From the IMG/VR virus record IMGVR_UViG_3300037264_008423, positions 124,001 to 188,000 of that record: a DNA stretch of 64,000 nt, one strand, 5' to 3'. Positions within the stretch are counted from its first letter, which is position 1. The number at the start of each line of letters is the position of its first letter. The notes below the pieces were generated by a model. That model did not search any database. It worked only from the letters and a program-made list of their open reading frames with translations, and was not told the origin of the DNA. Position numbers and translations under genes: made by a program. Of the stretch, positions 1 through 9,379 are shown in pieces.

Positions 1-900
1 CGCCGCTTCATATTGCGTTCGGTGCCGCGCCAGTGACTTATTCGAGGAGCTGCGCGCAATCCACGGAAATTCCGCGTGCAGTTGGCGCAGGACTTCAACT
101 CGCGGGGCGTTTTCGGGCGCTTCCCGCCGGATGTCACCCAAGAAATGGCCGTCCGTCGTGCCCACCAGGTAGTAGCCTACCCAGTCGGGATCGGGCTGGT
201 AAAGAACGAAAGGGTCGTCCATGTCTTTGGGTTCAAAGTCCTCCTCCGCCTCGCGGAGGCCAGCGCGGGTGCGCGGGTCCCAGGAAACCTTGGAATAGCG
301 ACCGGCTTGGGACTGGTTGAGCAGCTTGCGCAGCTTTTCGTGCTTGGCCTTAAGCCGGTCCACCTGTTTATAGTCCGGCAAACCTACCGCTGTGCCGGTA
401 TCCGCAGTCGAGGGGGCCGGGGCGGAAGGTTCGCCATTGGTGCCGTCCGAAAAGTCGGAAGTGCTGTTACTGAGATACTCGGTGACCCGGCGCTTGCGCC
501 GTTTATTGCCGTGGTAAGTCCAGCCGGGAAACTGGCGGTGAAACGCGATTCGGCGGTCCATTTCCTCCCGGTCCTCAGCCCTTCTGCGTCGCAGGTAAGC
601 TTTGCGGCGGACTTCCTGCGCCCAGTAGGTCAAGGGTCTGCCCACCCGCACTCGTCCCCAGCGATCTTTGTAGATGGGCATGCTATCCGCTTCCCACCGG
701 TTTTTCTCCGCCCCCTGCTTGCCGAAAATTCCAGAATAGCTTTGACGGTCGTGGTGTTCAAGGGTGTCAAAGATCCAGGCGCGCGCTTCTGACTCGGACG
801 CGAAGTTTCGGCTACGGGCGTAGCGCGACCACCACTTCACCGTGTCCTCCGGGAGAATCGAATCCGGGTAAATTTCTTTAAAATCGTCTAGTTCGTCCAT
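1..900 (-). CDS. Hypothetical protein, 3'-truncated by the window edge; carries LRE-acidic-KD tag; probable head-associated protein
   Basis: Not in the ORF track. Manual translation from ATG at 900 (TAATG overlap with the upstream stop) is open to position 1: MDELDDFKEIYPD...GLREAEEDFEPKDMDDP... Confidence 0.8.
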   Translation of the reverse strand, partial: MDELDDFKEIYPDSILPEDTVKWWSRYARSRNFASESEARAWIFDTLEHHDRQSYSGIFGKQGAEKNRWEADSMPIYKDRWGRVRVGRPLTYWAQEVRRKAYLRRRRAEDREEMDRRIAFHRQFPGWTYHGNKRRKRRVTEYLSNSTSDFSDGTNGEPSAPAPSTADTGTAVGLPDYKQVDRLKAKHEKLRKLLNQSQAGRYSKVSWDPRTRAGLREAEEDFEPKDMDDPFVLYQPDPDWVGYYLVGTTDGHFLGDIRREAPENAPRVEVLRQLHAEFPWIARSSSNKSLARHRTQYEAA

Positions 901-1607
901 TATCCGGGTGGGTTAGGGGGTAGTTGCGGAATCTGCGGCGCTCGGCCCAGGTCGGGCACGGTTCCGCCGCCGCCAGGGGTGTCGGTAAAAGGACGGGCCG
1001 AGGCCAGTTCGTTGATATTGTCGATGGCACCCTGGACCTCATTACGCTTGTTGCGCATGGCACTATTGAGGACTTGGGTGTTGCTGCCGACCACGTTGCG
1101 GGTATAGTCGTCGAACTCCTTCTTGAAGTCGGTATCCGCGATTTCAGCCACAAAGTTCACCGCCTGCTCGGCGGAGCGACAGGCTTGCTGCAAGCATTGA
1201 AAATACTGCTCCCCCTGCGCCAAAATGTCGTTGACCCGACCCTGCACTTTATCGAGCTGCGCTTGGAGCTTGCCCATCCGCACCCAGGGGTGCTTTAAGA
1301 GTTGGTCGGTGAGCCGGGTGTAGGCGGCGGCAACCTGGGCCTGCAATCTCACAATGTCCTCGGTGGAGGGATTTTTGGGCAGGTTCAAAAACGGACACGC
1401 GCTGACTAAATTAGTATAGGCATCCAAGTTAACGAGGTATAGTGGAACTAAAGCGCCAATATCGGGAATAAATCCGCTCAGGTCGCCGATTTGCTCTAGC
1501 AGTTCAGCTAATCGACGCAGGGCATTAAACTTGCGGTTGATGAGCTTGACCGCTTCGTAGTAGTTATTGGCCAGGAAGTTGGTTAAAGCGCAGGGATTAA
1601 GAGCCAT
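900..1607 (-). CDS. Hypothetical helical protein
   Basis: 235-aa ORF, coupled by TAATG to the next gene. Confidence 0.8.
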   Translation of the reverse strand: MALNPCALTNFLANNYYEAVKLINRKFNALRRLAELLEQIGDLSGFIPDIGALVPLYLVNLDAYTNLVSACPFLNLPKNPSTEDIVRLQAQVAAAYTRLTDQLLKHPWVRMGKLQAQLDKVQGRVNDILAQGEQYFQCLQQACRSAEQAVNFVAEIADTDFKKEFDDYTRNVVGSNTQVLNSAMRNKRNEVQGAIDNINELASARPFTDTPGGGGTVPDLGRAPQIPQLPPNPPG

Positions 1608-1706
1608 AGGATAAATCGGCGAGCGCGGAATTAAGCCTATTCCAAGTTAGTAGCGGCATGCCCTTTTCTGCTTCAACGGGGCCGCGCTCGCCTAAATGTT
1701 TACAGT

Positions 1707-2162
1707 TTATTGCCATGTTCCTGGGTTTGTCAACACCATGCGATCAATGTAGGCCGTGACTGTGGCTGCGTCCGCGTCGATGGCATACTGCTCCAGGTAG
1801 GCTTGCATCCGGGACTCGGCCAGCCCTTGCTGGCGTAGCGTCCACCAGTTTTTGACCCAATCAAAGCGGCCTAGCTCGTTTTCGATGAAGTCATAGGCGA
1901 TGTCTTGCAGATCTTCCGGGTCGTCATCCTCCAGCAGGACTTCCACCAGGGATTGCGCCGCCTCCCGTATTGTCCGCGCCTCGGCGGCGCGGCGCATACG
2001 CTCAAACTTGTTGGCGAGCGCCTGCTCTTTAGCGAGCTGTCGGCGCAGCGCGGCCAGCCTGCCCTGGTAGTCCACGCCGCCGTGGCGGTTCTCGATTTCC
2101 TCGGCAGCCTGGGCCAGTTCCGCTTCAAGCCGCGAAACCCGTTCTGTGTAAGTGCTGGACAT
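1707..2162 (-). CDS. Hypothetical protein with LLE-acidic tag
   Basis: 151 aa; LVEVLLEDDDPEDLQDIA; GTATTTA 8 nt upstream of ATG. Confidence 0.8.
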   Translation of the reverse strand: MSSTYTERVSRLEAELAQAAEEIENRHGGVDYQGRLAALRRQLAKEQALANKFERMRRAAEARTIREAAQSLVEVLLEDDDPEDLQDIAYDFIENELGRFDWVKNWWTLRQQGLAESRMQAYLEQYAIDADAATVTAYIDRMVLTNPGTWQ

Positions 2163-2209
2163 AGCCAGTGTAAATACGTGTAGAAGAACTCAACCAAAGT
2201 TAAAAGTAT

Positions 2210-2707
2210 ATGAAGAACAATAAAATCCTCTCTCTCCTCCTGATCTTCCTTACGGCCTTGACTGTCCCTCTGGCGCTTACCGGCTGTAAAACCACGGAAA
2301 CAGGCACCAAAGTAGTGGACCCGGAGGTGGCGCGCCGGATCGCTCCGGCGATGCGCACGGCGGTTGCCGGTGCGGTCGTTTACGCCTACACCAAAGATGC
2401 CAATAGCGTTAAGTATATCGACGTGATCAAGACCGCGCTCCAGGAGTTTATTCTTTCAAACGATCTATCTCCCTCCAGTCTGCAAGCCAAGATTTACGCG
2501 CTCCCGGTTCGGGAATTGAAATCGGCTGAGGCCCAACTGATTATTACACCGCTATTGGCCGCCTATAAAGCGTTCGGAGAGGATTACGTCCGGGAGGGGC
2601 TGGGGGAACAAGAGGGGTGGAAGCTCTTAGTCAAGGCCCTCACGGACGGCATTGACGACGGTTTGCAGGGAGTGGACCAGATTAAGCAGGGCCGGTCCGG
2701 TAGCTAA
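2210..2707 (+). CDS. Putative lipoprotein
   Basis: Basic N-terminus, hydrophobic stretch and lipobox LTGC. Confidence 0.75.
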   Translation: MKNNKILSLLLIFLTALTVPLALTGCKTTETGTKVVDPEVARRIAPAMRTAVAGAVVYAYTKDANSVKYIDVIKTALQEFILSNDLSPSSLQAKIYALPVRELKSAEAQLIITPLLAAYKAFGEDYVREGLGEQEGWKLLVKALTDGIDDGLQGVDQIKQGRSGS

Positions 2708-2721
2708 GGTTGCTCCTGATT

Positions 2722-3138
2722 ATGATGCGTTTTTGGCTGGCAATTAGCTCTCTGCCGGTGCTGGCGGGGGCGGCGGCTTTGGAGATTACCAACGCCCCGG
2801 CTCCGGTCCCTTTGCCCGTGGCACCCCTGCTGCACAGCGGCTCGGAGCTGGTATCGTTTTGGAACGCTTTGATTGTGGCGGTGGTCCCTTTGGCTGTGGC
2901 CGGTATCCGCAGCGTGTTGCCACGTCTGCCCAAGCTGTTGTGGCCGGTTCTGGCGATGGTTTTTGGCGTGGCGGGGGAGTGGCTTTTGTCACAAAGCGGC
3001 GCGACCGGAGGTTCCTGGGAAGTAGGAGCCTTGTGCGGCGCGGCGGGAATTGGACTGCGCGAGATCACGAAGCAACTTTTGCCAGTTTTAATCCGATTAG
3101 ACGTGCCAAAAGGCAACGATCATAAAGAGTGTCTCTAG
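2722..3138 (+). CDS. Small multi-pass membrane protein (holin-like topology)
   Basis: Signal-like N-terminus and about 3 hydrophobic helices; follows the lipoprotein gene. Confidence 0.6.
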   Translation: MMRFWLAISSLPVLAGAAALEITNAPAPVPLPVAPLLHSGSELVSFWNALIVAVVPLAVAGIRSVLPRLPKLLWPVLAMVFGVAGEWLLSQSGATGGSWEVGALCGAAGIGLREITKQLLPVLIRLDVPKGNDHKECL

Positions 3139-3161
3139 CAGAGCTGGGGTCTTAACACGCG

Positions 3162-3196
3162 AAAGCCGACAGGGTATGGGTTCCCTGGCGGCTTTT
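3162..3196. terminator. Bidirectional intrinsic terminator
   Basis: AAAGCCG-A-CAGGG...CCCTG-G-CGGCTTTT hairpin between convergent genes. Confidence 0.65.
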
Positions 3197-3200
3197 AAAT

Positions 3201-4766
3201 TTATTGTGGCATGATGAGCAGATTAAAGCCCTGCCCCTGGAGCAGTATGCCGTTGGTGCCCAGCGGCACAGGCGTCGGCGGCGCGTTGGTGGTCGGCGGC
3301 GGGGTAGCCTCGCCTGGGCGCGACCTTAAAACGAAGGCATTGAACAGCGGTCCGGTGTGCGCGGGGGCGCTCGGCAGCCCATCAGGTTTGGCCGCCACGC
3401 GCCCACCCAGGGGCAGCGTGATGGGCTGACCCGTGTATTTGCCCGTAGCCACCGGACCGGCAAACCAATTTTGGGCGTCGCGAACCTCATAGTCCGAGTT
3501 GACGGGAATAGTGGACCCCAGGTTGATGGCGAGCTGCGGTTTAAGGTCCCAGTTGAATACCGCGAGGTTGGCTCGCCCCGTCTCGTAGCGATTGGGCCGG
3601 ATGAAGACCCGGCTGCCGGTTGGCTTACCCTTGGTGTAAACACTGGCGCTGTCGAAGCCCGTCGCGGCCCTCCAATTGGCATAAGTCAGTCCGCGCGACG
3701 CGTTGGTGTAAAACATAAAAGGCAGGTAGGGCGTTTCCAGGCTGTAGTAGGTGTTATAGTTCCAGGTGTGCCGGGTGGGCGACCACGGCAGTTGGGTTTG
3801 GTAGAACTCCAGCAGGTTTCCTGACCGGATAAACGTGTTGCCTATGGCGGTGATGCGCTCCCAGTCCGCGATGCGGCAGAAAACGTGGACAAAATTGTTG
3901 GAAAAGATCAGGTCCAGGCTGCGGCCCAGGACTTCGCCGCACTGGATTCCGCCCAAGGTGTCGTTCGGGAAGTAGAATATATTGTTTACAATCTTTATGT
4001 CCTGGGGCGGATCGCCGCCGTAGATGACAAATTCCCGCGCATTACCCGCGCGCGAAAGGCTGCCATTGTTAAAGGCAATATTGCCGTCCACCAGGTAGTG
4101 GCGCAGAAAAGCGGCGCTGGAGCCGTAAATCTGGATGCCATGATCGTAGCTGTTGAAGACGATGTTCTCCTCGATCTGTTTGCGCCCGGTGTTGTTTTGG
4201 GAATAAACTCCGTGCCCGTGTCCCCGGTCGGAACCTTGGAAGCCGTTATTGTAGATGACGCAGCCGTAAAGGAAGGAATCCGGGCCTTCCGTCCACAGGC
4301 ACGCGCCGTTGCCCAGCGTGTCGTGGATGATCAGGTTGACCAGGCCCACTCCGGGCGCTCTGATATTCAGGGCATCCAACGTTTTTAAATCGGAGGGCCA
4401 TGACCCTGGCTGGCTGGAAGTGTGGTTGGTTTGCCCACCCGCCACTTCAAAGTCGCGGTAGATGACATAGCCGCCTGAGTTTTGGGCAATGCCGCCCACC
4501 ACCCTGGCCCACTCGTTAGTGTGCGAGCGCACGGTAATAGGCAGGGAAGCGTTCCCGGCCAGCGTGCTGTAGAAAATGCCGGTGTAGGACCCGCTCCGCA
4601 GCCAGAGGGTATCGCCCGGCTTTAAACCGGCTTCGAGACCGGTTTGCAGCCCAAAAGGGGCGCTGACACTGCCGGTGCCCGTGCCGCCAGGGGCGGCGTA
4701 GAAATTGGCGGCCAGTGCCGTGCCTGCGCACGCCAGCCCCACGATCAGAGTTAAGATTGATTTCAT
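3201..4766 (-). CDS. Secreted right-handed beta-helix (pectin-lyase-like) protein
   Basis: Signal peptide ending ALA; PGDTLWLRSGSY; repeated N/G-rich beta-helix rungs (GHGVYSQN, NIVFN, GIQIY, NIAFNNG). Confidence 0.75.
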   Translation of the reverse strand: MKSILTLIVGLACAGTALAANFYAAPGGTGTGSVSAPFGLQTGLEAGLKPGDTLWLRSGSYTGIFYSTLAGNASLPITVRSHTNEWARVVGGIAQNSGGYVIYRDFEVAGGQTNHTSSQPGSWPSDLKTLDALNIRAPGVGLVNLIIHDTLGNGACLWTEGPDSFLYGCVIYNNGFQGSDRGHGHGVYSQNNTGRKQIEENIVFNSYDHGIQIYGSSAAFLRHYLVDGNIAFNNGSLSRAGNAREFVIYGGDPPQDIKIVNNIFYFPNDTLGGIQCGEVLGRSLDLIFSNNFVHVFCRIADWERITAIGNTFIRSGNLLEFYQTQLPWSPTRHTWNYNTYYSLETPYLPFMFYTNASRGLTYANWRAATGFDSASVYTKGKPTGSRVFIRPNRYETGRANLAVFNWDLKPQLAINLGSTIPVNSDYEVRDAQNWFAGPVATGKYTGQPITLPLGGRVAAKPDGLPSAPAHTGPLFNAFVLRSRPGEATPPPTTNAPPTPVPLGTNGILLQGQGFNLLIMPQ

Positions 4767-4828
4767 TTGGTTCTTTTCAGTATATTTGATTTTACTCGCG
4801 ATAACTACCAGTATATCTAATCTACACT

Positions 4829-5287
4829 ATGATTCCTAGGAATGATTTTTACGACCGCCTGGAGCACCACTGCCAGCCCTGTTCCGAGTGGGATGGCGTC
4901 TGCCTGCGGGGCCATGACCTGGCTAGTCCGACCGGCTGTCCCTTGCGCAAGTTCGCGCCCGTCCAGGCAGCCAGCTACGACCCGGACCGTGGCCGAGTCG
5001 TTCAGCCTCGGAATCAGCAGGGTTGCTCCGGCTGCGGAGCGGCCATTGACGCGGACGCGCTGCCGCCCATTACCTGGCCCCAGGTGATCGCTAATTTCGC
5101 CGCCTCGATGACCAACTGGATTAGAGCGGGGATGCCGCTGACCGACGCGAACGAGCATGGCCGCCGCTACGGAATTTGCACCCAGTGCCAGTCGCACTTT
5201 AAAGGCTACTACTGCAAGTTATGCCGGTGTGTCTGCTATATCAAAACCAAGCCGCAAACGGAGTATTGCCCCATCGGCAAATGGTGA
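4829..5287 (+). CDS. Cys-rich metal-binding protein (DUF6171-like C-terminus)
   Basis: RYGICTQC...CKLCRCVCYIKTK...CPIGKW, with a related N-terminal RLEHHCQPC...CPLRKF unit. Confidence 0.7.
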   Translation: MIPRNDFYDRLEHHCQPCSEWDGVCLRGHDLASPTGCPLRKFAPVQAASYDPDRGRVVQPRNQQGCSGCGAAIDADALPPITWPQVIANFAASMTNWIRAGMPLTDANEHGRRYGICTQCQSHFKGYYCKLCRCVCYIKTKPQTEYCPIGKW

Positions 5288-5995
5288 TCAAGCAAACCGG
5301 ATGACCGTGAAAGCGCACACTTCGAGCGTGGGCGTGGCGTAGCTCCAACTGAGAAAAGCGTGGTCTTGGGTCAAGGGCTGAGTCGCGCTAAAGGAAAGTC
5401 CGACTAAACGGGTCATATTGGTGATCGTTGTTAAGCCCTGTATCCGCTCGTAAAAGGTCGCCAGGTTTAAATCCAGTATTCCCGCCGCCGTGGTGGGCAG
5501 CCACAGGTCCACGGTAATGGGGGTGGGATTGCCGGTGACATAGGTGCCGCGCGCGATGTCCACAATAATCGGCGCGCGCTGGATCGCTGAGCTGCCGGGG
5601 ACAGGCAGCGCGGGAAGCAGGGCGGTCGATCCGCTGTTATATGACGTTGTAAATACGGAGCCAACTTTTTGAAACGTGGTCGCGCCGGGGGCAGCGGAGG
5701 TCAAGTAGTAGGCTCCGCCGCTGGTTTGAAAGGCCCAGTCCCAGGCGGTCCAACTGCCGGGTCCCGCGCCAATCGCGCTGGTTGTGGAGCCGAGAATCCC
5801 CGACGGTCCGGTCGCCATGCCTAGCGAAATGAGGGGCGCGCTCGTAGGCTGTCTCAAAAGGGAGGCGAGATTGACCTGAATGAGGGCGGCGATGCGGATG
5901 ACATTCCAGTTGCTTCCAAAAGTAACCGGGCGTAGCAGGTCTTCCCGGCCTAGTTGAAGCCGCTGCTCGGTTAAACGCTGAACGATGAAAGCCAT
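5288..5995 (-). CDS. Tandem paralogue 7 of 7, putative virion/receptor-binding beta protein
   Basis: MAFIVQRLTEQRLQLGREDLLRPVTFGSNWNVIRIA...SWSYATPTLEV...RFA. Confidence 0.8.
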   Translation of the reverse strand: MAFIVQRLTEQRLQLGREDLLRPVTFGSNWNVIRIAALIQVNLASLLRQPTSAPLISLGMATGPSGILGSTTSAIGAGPGSWTAWDWAFQTSGGAYYLTSAAPGATTFQKVGSVFTTSYNSGSTALLPALPVPGSSAIQRAPIIVDIARGTYVTGNPTPITVDLWLPTTAAGILDLNLATFYERIQGLTTITNMTRLVGLSFSATQPLTQDHAFLSWSYATPTLEVCAFTVIRFA

Positions 5996-5999
5996 ATGA

Positions 6000-6680
6000 T
6001 TATTGGAATCGAGAAAGGGTGATCTCCTTAACGTGTAAGACCGGCAAGGAACGGCTCCAGCCGATGAAGAAGTGGTCCCAGGCTTGGTTGCCGCTGAAAG
6101 CGAAATTTACTGTATTTACGCCTCCCGCGTTATATGGCGGAGTGGTGGTTTCCATGTTTATCATGTGCTGATAGGAGGTCAGATTGGTCATGACCGCGAG
6201 GTCCACGTGGGGCGAATAAGTGGTGAGTGTGGCTCCCGTGGCAGTTTTGATGAGGTCCAGGTAGAAGCCTGACACGTTGGGGCCGTGGGGTTGTGAAGCG
6301 ACGCGCAAAGCTAAAGAAGTGGTGGTGGTTTGGCTGTAAGCCGGGCCTACCTTTCTCCAAGCGGTAAATCCGGCAGAGTTACATGACTGATAGCGGTCGG
6401 GGCCGGAAGGGACCGTAATCCAGGTCATAGCGTGCGGGTTGGCGGTGCCCCAGGTGATGCCTAACGTGTCCACGCCATCATCCCGGCTTTTACTGTAAGG
6501 CCCCTCGCTGACTCCCAGGTTAAAATCACCGCCCGTAAAACTGGCGCGCGTGGCCATGAACAGGCGCACCCCGATGCGCAGCCAGGTCCAACCGGAACCG
6601 ATGGCCACTGGCCGGACAAAATCTTCCGCCGCCAGCTCCAGGCGTTGATCGCCGACTAAATTTTGAACAATGAAAGCCAT
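6000..6680 (-). CDS. Tandem paralogue 6 of 7
   Basis: Start reassigned to MAFIVQNLVGDQRLELAAEDFVRP...WTWLRIG by alignment to the paralogues. Confidence 0.8.
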   Translation of the reverse strand: MAFIVQNLVGDQRLELAAEDFVRPVAIGSGWTWLRIGVRLFMATRASFTGGDFNLGVSEGPYSKSRDDGVDTLGITWGTANPHAMTWITVPSGPDRYQSCNSAGFTAWRKVGPAYSQTTTTSLALRVASQPHGPNVSGFYLDLIKTATGATLTTYSPHVDLAVMTNLTSYQHMINMETTTPPYNAGGVNTVNFAFSGNQAWDHFFIGWSRSLPVLHVKEITLSRFQ

Positions 6681-6681
6681 G

Positions 6682-7365
6682 TTAATAAAAACGGGTGACG
6701 CAGACCTCACTGACATGCAGCGTCGGCACGCTGCGACCCCAGTGAAGGCAGACGCGGTTGAGGTTAAAGTTGCCGGGGTAGGCGGGAATGTTAATCGGAT
6801 TAAACGCAAGGGACACGGAAGTGGCGTCTTCGGCCTGCATGTCCGCCAGAAAGAGGGAGCGGTCCACGTGCGCGGCGGCGCTGCTGGAGGCTGCCATGCG
6901 CAGCGTAGCTGAGAGTGTCGCGCCGGGCCGACGCGAACTGAAATTGAAATCCACGTAAATCACGCCCAAGTCGGGGCTGAAAGGACCAGCAAGGAGGGTC
7001 GAGCCTCCTGTATAGGCGCTCTGCGTGGAACCCATCCGGTGATAAAGTGTGGAGGGATTGGAGGAGCAGCTCCAGTAGGTGGTGTTGTTAGTGATAGCGA
7101 TGTTGGTGGTAAAAAGCCGCAGGGAGACGGCTTCAATCGGGCTGGGATCAGTGTAGCCCGTGTCTTGGCACAGTCCGATAAAGATGCTGGCCGGGCGGTA
7201 GCAGACACGGCTTCCTCCCACCAGGCCGGAGGGCACGCTCAGGGTGTAGTGCAGGCCCACCCGTATTTTAAGCCACTGGTTGCCGAAGCTCATGGGCCGG
7301 ACAAATTCCTCCCGGCCCAGTTGCAGCGCGCCTTTTTCGATTAAAGATTGGGTGATGAATGCCAT
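6682..7365 (-). CDS. Tandem paralogue 5 of 7
   Basis: Start reassigned to MAFITQSLIEKGALQLGREEFVRPMSFGNQWLKIRVG. Confidence 0.8.
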   Translation of the reverse strand: MAFITQSLIEKGALQLGREEFVRPMSFGNQWLKIRVGLHYTLSVPSGLVGGSRVCYRPASIFIGLCQDTGYTDPSPIEAVSLRLFTTNIAITNNTTYWSCSSNPSTLYHRMGSTQSAYTGGSTLLAGPFSPDLGVIYVDFNFSSRRPGATLSATLRMAASSSAAAHVDRSLFLADMQAEDATSVSLAFNPINIPAYPGNFNLNRVCLHWGRSVPTLHVSEVCVTRFY

Positions 7366-7369
7366 AGAC

Positions 7370-8047
7370 TTATGCAAAACGAACGACCACCAGGTCAAAT
7401 ATCTCGATGGGCTGGGCATTGTCGTTCCAGGACACGGAGACCGAATCAAAGGGATACAGGCCGTTGTAGGGAATGCTCTGCACCGTGGCCCCATCAATGG
7501 CCCAACTGCCGGAGTAGGGGAGCTGGTCCACTTCCAGGAATCGGTAGAACAGGTCCAGGCTCAGATCGGTTTGGGCCTGGACGGCGCTGCCGGGATAGCT
7601 GGTAAGCGTTCCCACGTTATTGGCGGAGAAGTTTTTCATGATGTCCACGAAAAACAAGGACCGGTTGGGCAGAATGGGTCCATAGGCGGCACCGTAGTTG
7701 AAGTCCGAGATGGTGGATACACCGGCGATGCGCTTAATCCGTCGCGCGTATGCCGTGGAGAAATAGGGATTACCGCCTCCGGCGTTATAGGTCCAGGCCA
7801 CGGTCGCGTGGCTCATCTGCGCTCCGATAAACTCCACCGTGTTGGTGCTGCGATAGCCCTCGGCGGTGCCAGCGTTAACGCCTACGACAAATTGAGAGCT
7901 GGCAATGGTGGAACTCATGACCGCGCCCCAGCGCAAACCGATGCGGATGGACTGCCAGTCGGTGCCAAAGCTCAACTGGCGCAAAAATTCCTCATTGCCC
8001 AGTCGCAGCGACTTGCTTCCCACGATGGTTTCGACAATGCTCGCCAT
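7370..8047 (-). CDS. Tandem paralogue 4 of 7
   Basis: MASIVETIVGSKSLRLGNEEFLRQLSFGTDWQSIRIG. Confidence 0.8.
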   Translation of the reverse strand: MASIVETIVGSKSLRLGNEEFLRQLSFGTDWQSIRIGLRWGAVMSSTIASSQFVVGVNAGTAEGYRSTNTVEFIGAQMSHATVAWTYNAGGGNPYFSTAYARRIKRIAGVSTISDFNYGAAYGPILPNRSLFFVDIMKNFSANNVGTLTSYPGSAVQAQTDLSLDLFYRFLEVDQLPYSGSWAIDGATVQSIPYNGLYPFDSVSVSWNDNAQPIEIFDLVVVRFA

Positions 8048-8049
8048 AA

Positions 8050-9375
8050 TCAGTAAGAATAGAAGGTGCCGTAGCTCTGCCAGCCGGTGCCGCCGTCCAG
8101 CAGCGTAATGCTGCCCAGGCTGTAGGAATTAAAATTGTCCCACGGAAATCCGGCGCTGGTTCCGGCCAAGCCCACCTGCGCGGCTTCATTGGGATAGGTG
8201 GTTCCGGCAAAGTATCGGGCATAAAAGGGTCCTGACCAGTTGGTGCCAAGAGCCAGCATGGCCGCGCTGCCGCTTTGATACTGGTCAAAAGTGTCGTCAT
8301 TGCCCACGGTGGTGCCATACCAGTCGTTGGACATGCCCAGGACCGAGCTATTGCTGTAGGTGCCGCCTGACGCGAGCCACGGCCCCGACCAGTTGGTGCC
8401 GCCGTCCAAGCTTCCGCTGACCACGGTCCCCAGGCTATACTGGTCAAAGGAGTCATCCACGCCGGAGCTGGTTCCGGCCAAGCCATAAGTGGTCACCACG
8501 TTGGAGATGCCTTGCAGCACGTAAGGTCCGCTGAAACCGGAGCCGGAGTTTAGGAGCGTGACGGGACCCGGAGCCTGGGACAGAAAGTCATCGAAGCCTC
8601 CGGCCAGAAAGGGGTAGCTGGGTTGAGGAGTTCCCGCGTCCGTATAGACATTGGCGCACACGGCGTAAAGCTCAAGCGGATACGCCTGGTTAGACCAGAA
8701 GATGCTCAAGGTGTCCAGCGCCCCGGTCAATTCGGTTAGTGTCAGAACTTGCGCGGTAGGAGCCGTCCAAGTTTGGCCGGATATGACGGGCGTCCCCATC
8801 TGATCCACGGCGTCCAGGAGATGGTCGGCCCGGTAATCTTCCGTGGCGGCGTTGGCGGGAAAGAAAACCGAGAAGGTGCATTGTCCTGTGGTTGGGTTTT
8901 TGAGTATGTCCAGAACAATAGGGCTGCGACGCTTTTTGATGCCGACCCCCGCGACCGCGAAAATCGGGGTGCTGGCGTGGGTAACCACGGCGGTGGTGTC
9001 CACCCCGTTGGCTGGATTGCGCCAGCGCCGGTAAAAGTTGCCGCTCGCGGCGGGAGAAAAATAGGGGTTGCCCGATCCGGCGAAGTAAGTCCAACTGCGC
9101 CCCGTGCCGCCCACCACAGAGCCGCACACACTGAGGCCGAGGGCGTGCTCGCACAAAATTTTGGACATCGTGTTGGATCGGCCACTGGTTAGCCCCAGGG
9201 TCAGCATTCCGTCATGGAAGGTGGTTGCCGCCGTGCTGCGAAACGCGATCAGCATGCCGATGCGCAAGCGCATCCAGTCGCCCAAGTGACCCAGGGGGCG
9301 GAGCCATTCCTCGCCGCCCAGCAGCAAGGCTTTGTCTGGCACGTAGTTGAAAAATCGGGTGATGATCTGCGCCAT
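8050..9375 (-). CDS. Tandem paralogue 3 of 7 with C-terminal D-x-F-x-x-Y...G-T-x-W-S-G repeats
   Basis: MAQIITRFF...LLLGGEEWLRPL...WMRLRIG; four C-terminal repeats. Confidence 0.8.
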   Translation of the reverse strand: MAQIITRFFNYVPDKALLLGGEEWLRPLGHLGDWMRLRIGMLIAFRSTAATTFHDGMLTLGLTSGRSNTMSKILCEHALGLSVCGSVVGGTGRSWTYFAGSGNPYFSPAASGNFYRRWRNPANGVDTTAVVTHASTPIFAVAGVGIKKRRSPIVLDILKNPTTGQCTFSVFFPANAATEDYRADHLLDAVDQMGTPVISGQTWTAPTAQVLTLTELTGALDTLSIFWSNQAYPLELYAVCANVYTDAGTPQPSYPFLAGGFDDFLSQAPGPVTLLNSGSGFSGPYVLQGISNVVTTYGLAGTSSGVDDSFDQYSLGTVVSGSLDGGTNWSGPWLASGGTYSNSSVLGMSNDWYGTTVGNDDTFDQYQSGSAAMLALGTNWSGPFYARYFAGTTYPNEAAQVGLAGTSAGFPWDNFNSYSLGSITLLDGGTGWQSYGTFYSY

Positions 9376-9379
9376 AGGG

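Noticed and set aside
76-792. Long plus-strand ORF, and similar ones at 7280-8056, 11573-12625, 34669-35499, 38114-39757, 47608-48534, 49919-50812 and 55314-56177
   Set aside because: Antisense shadows of well-supported genes in GC-rich DNA, with no motifs of their own
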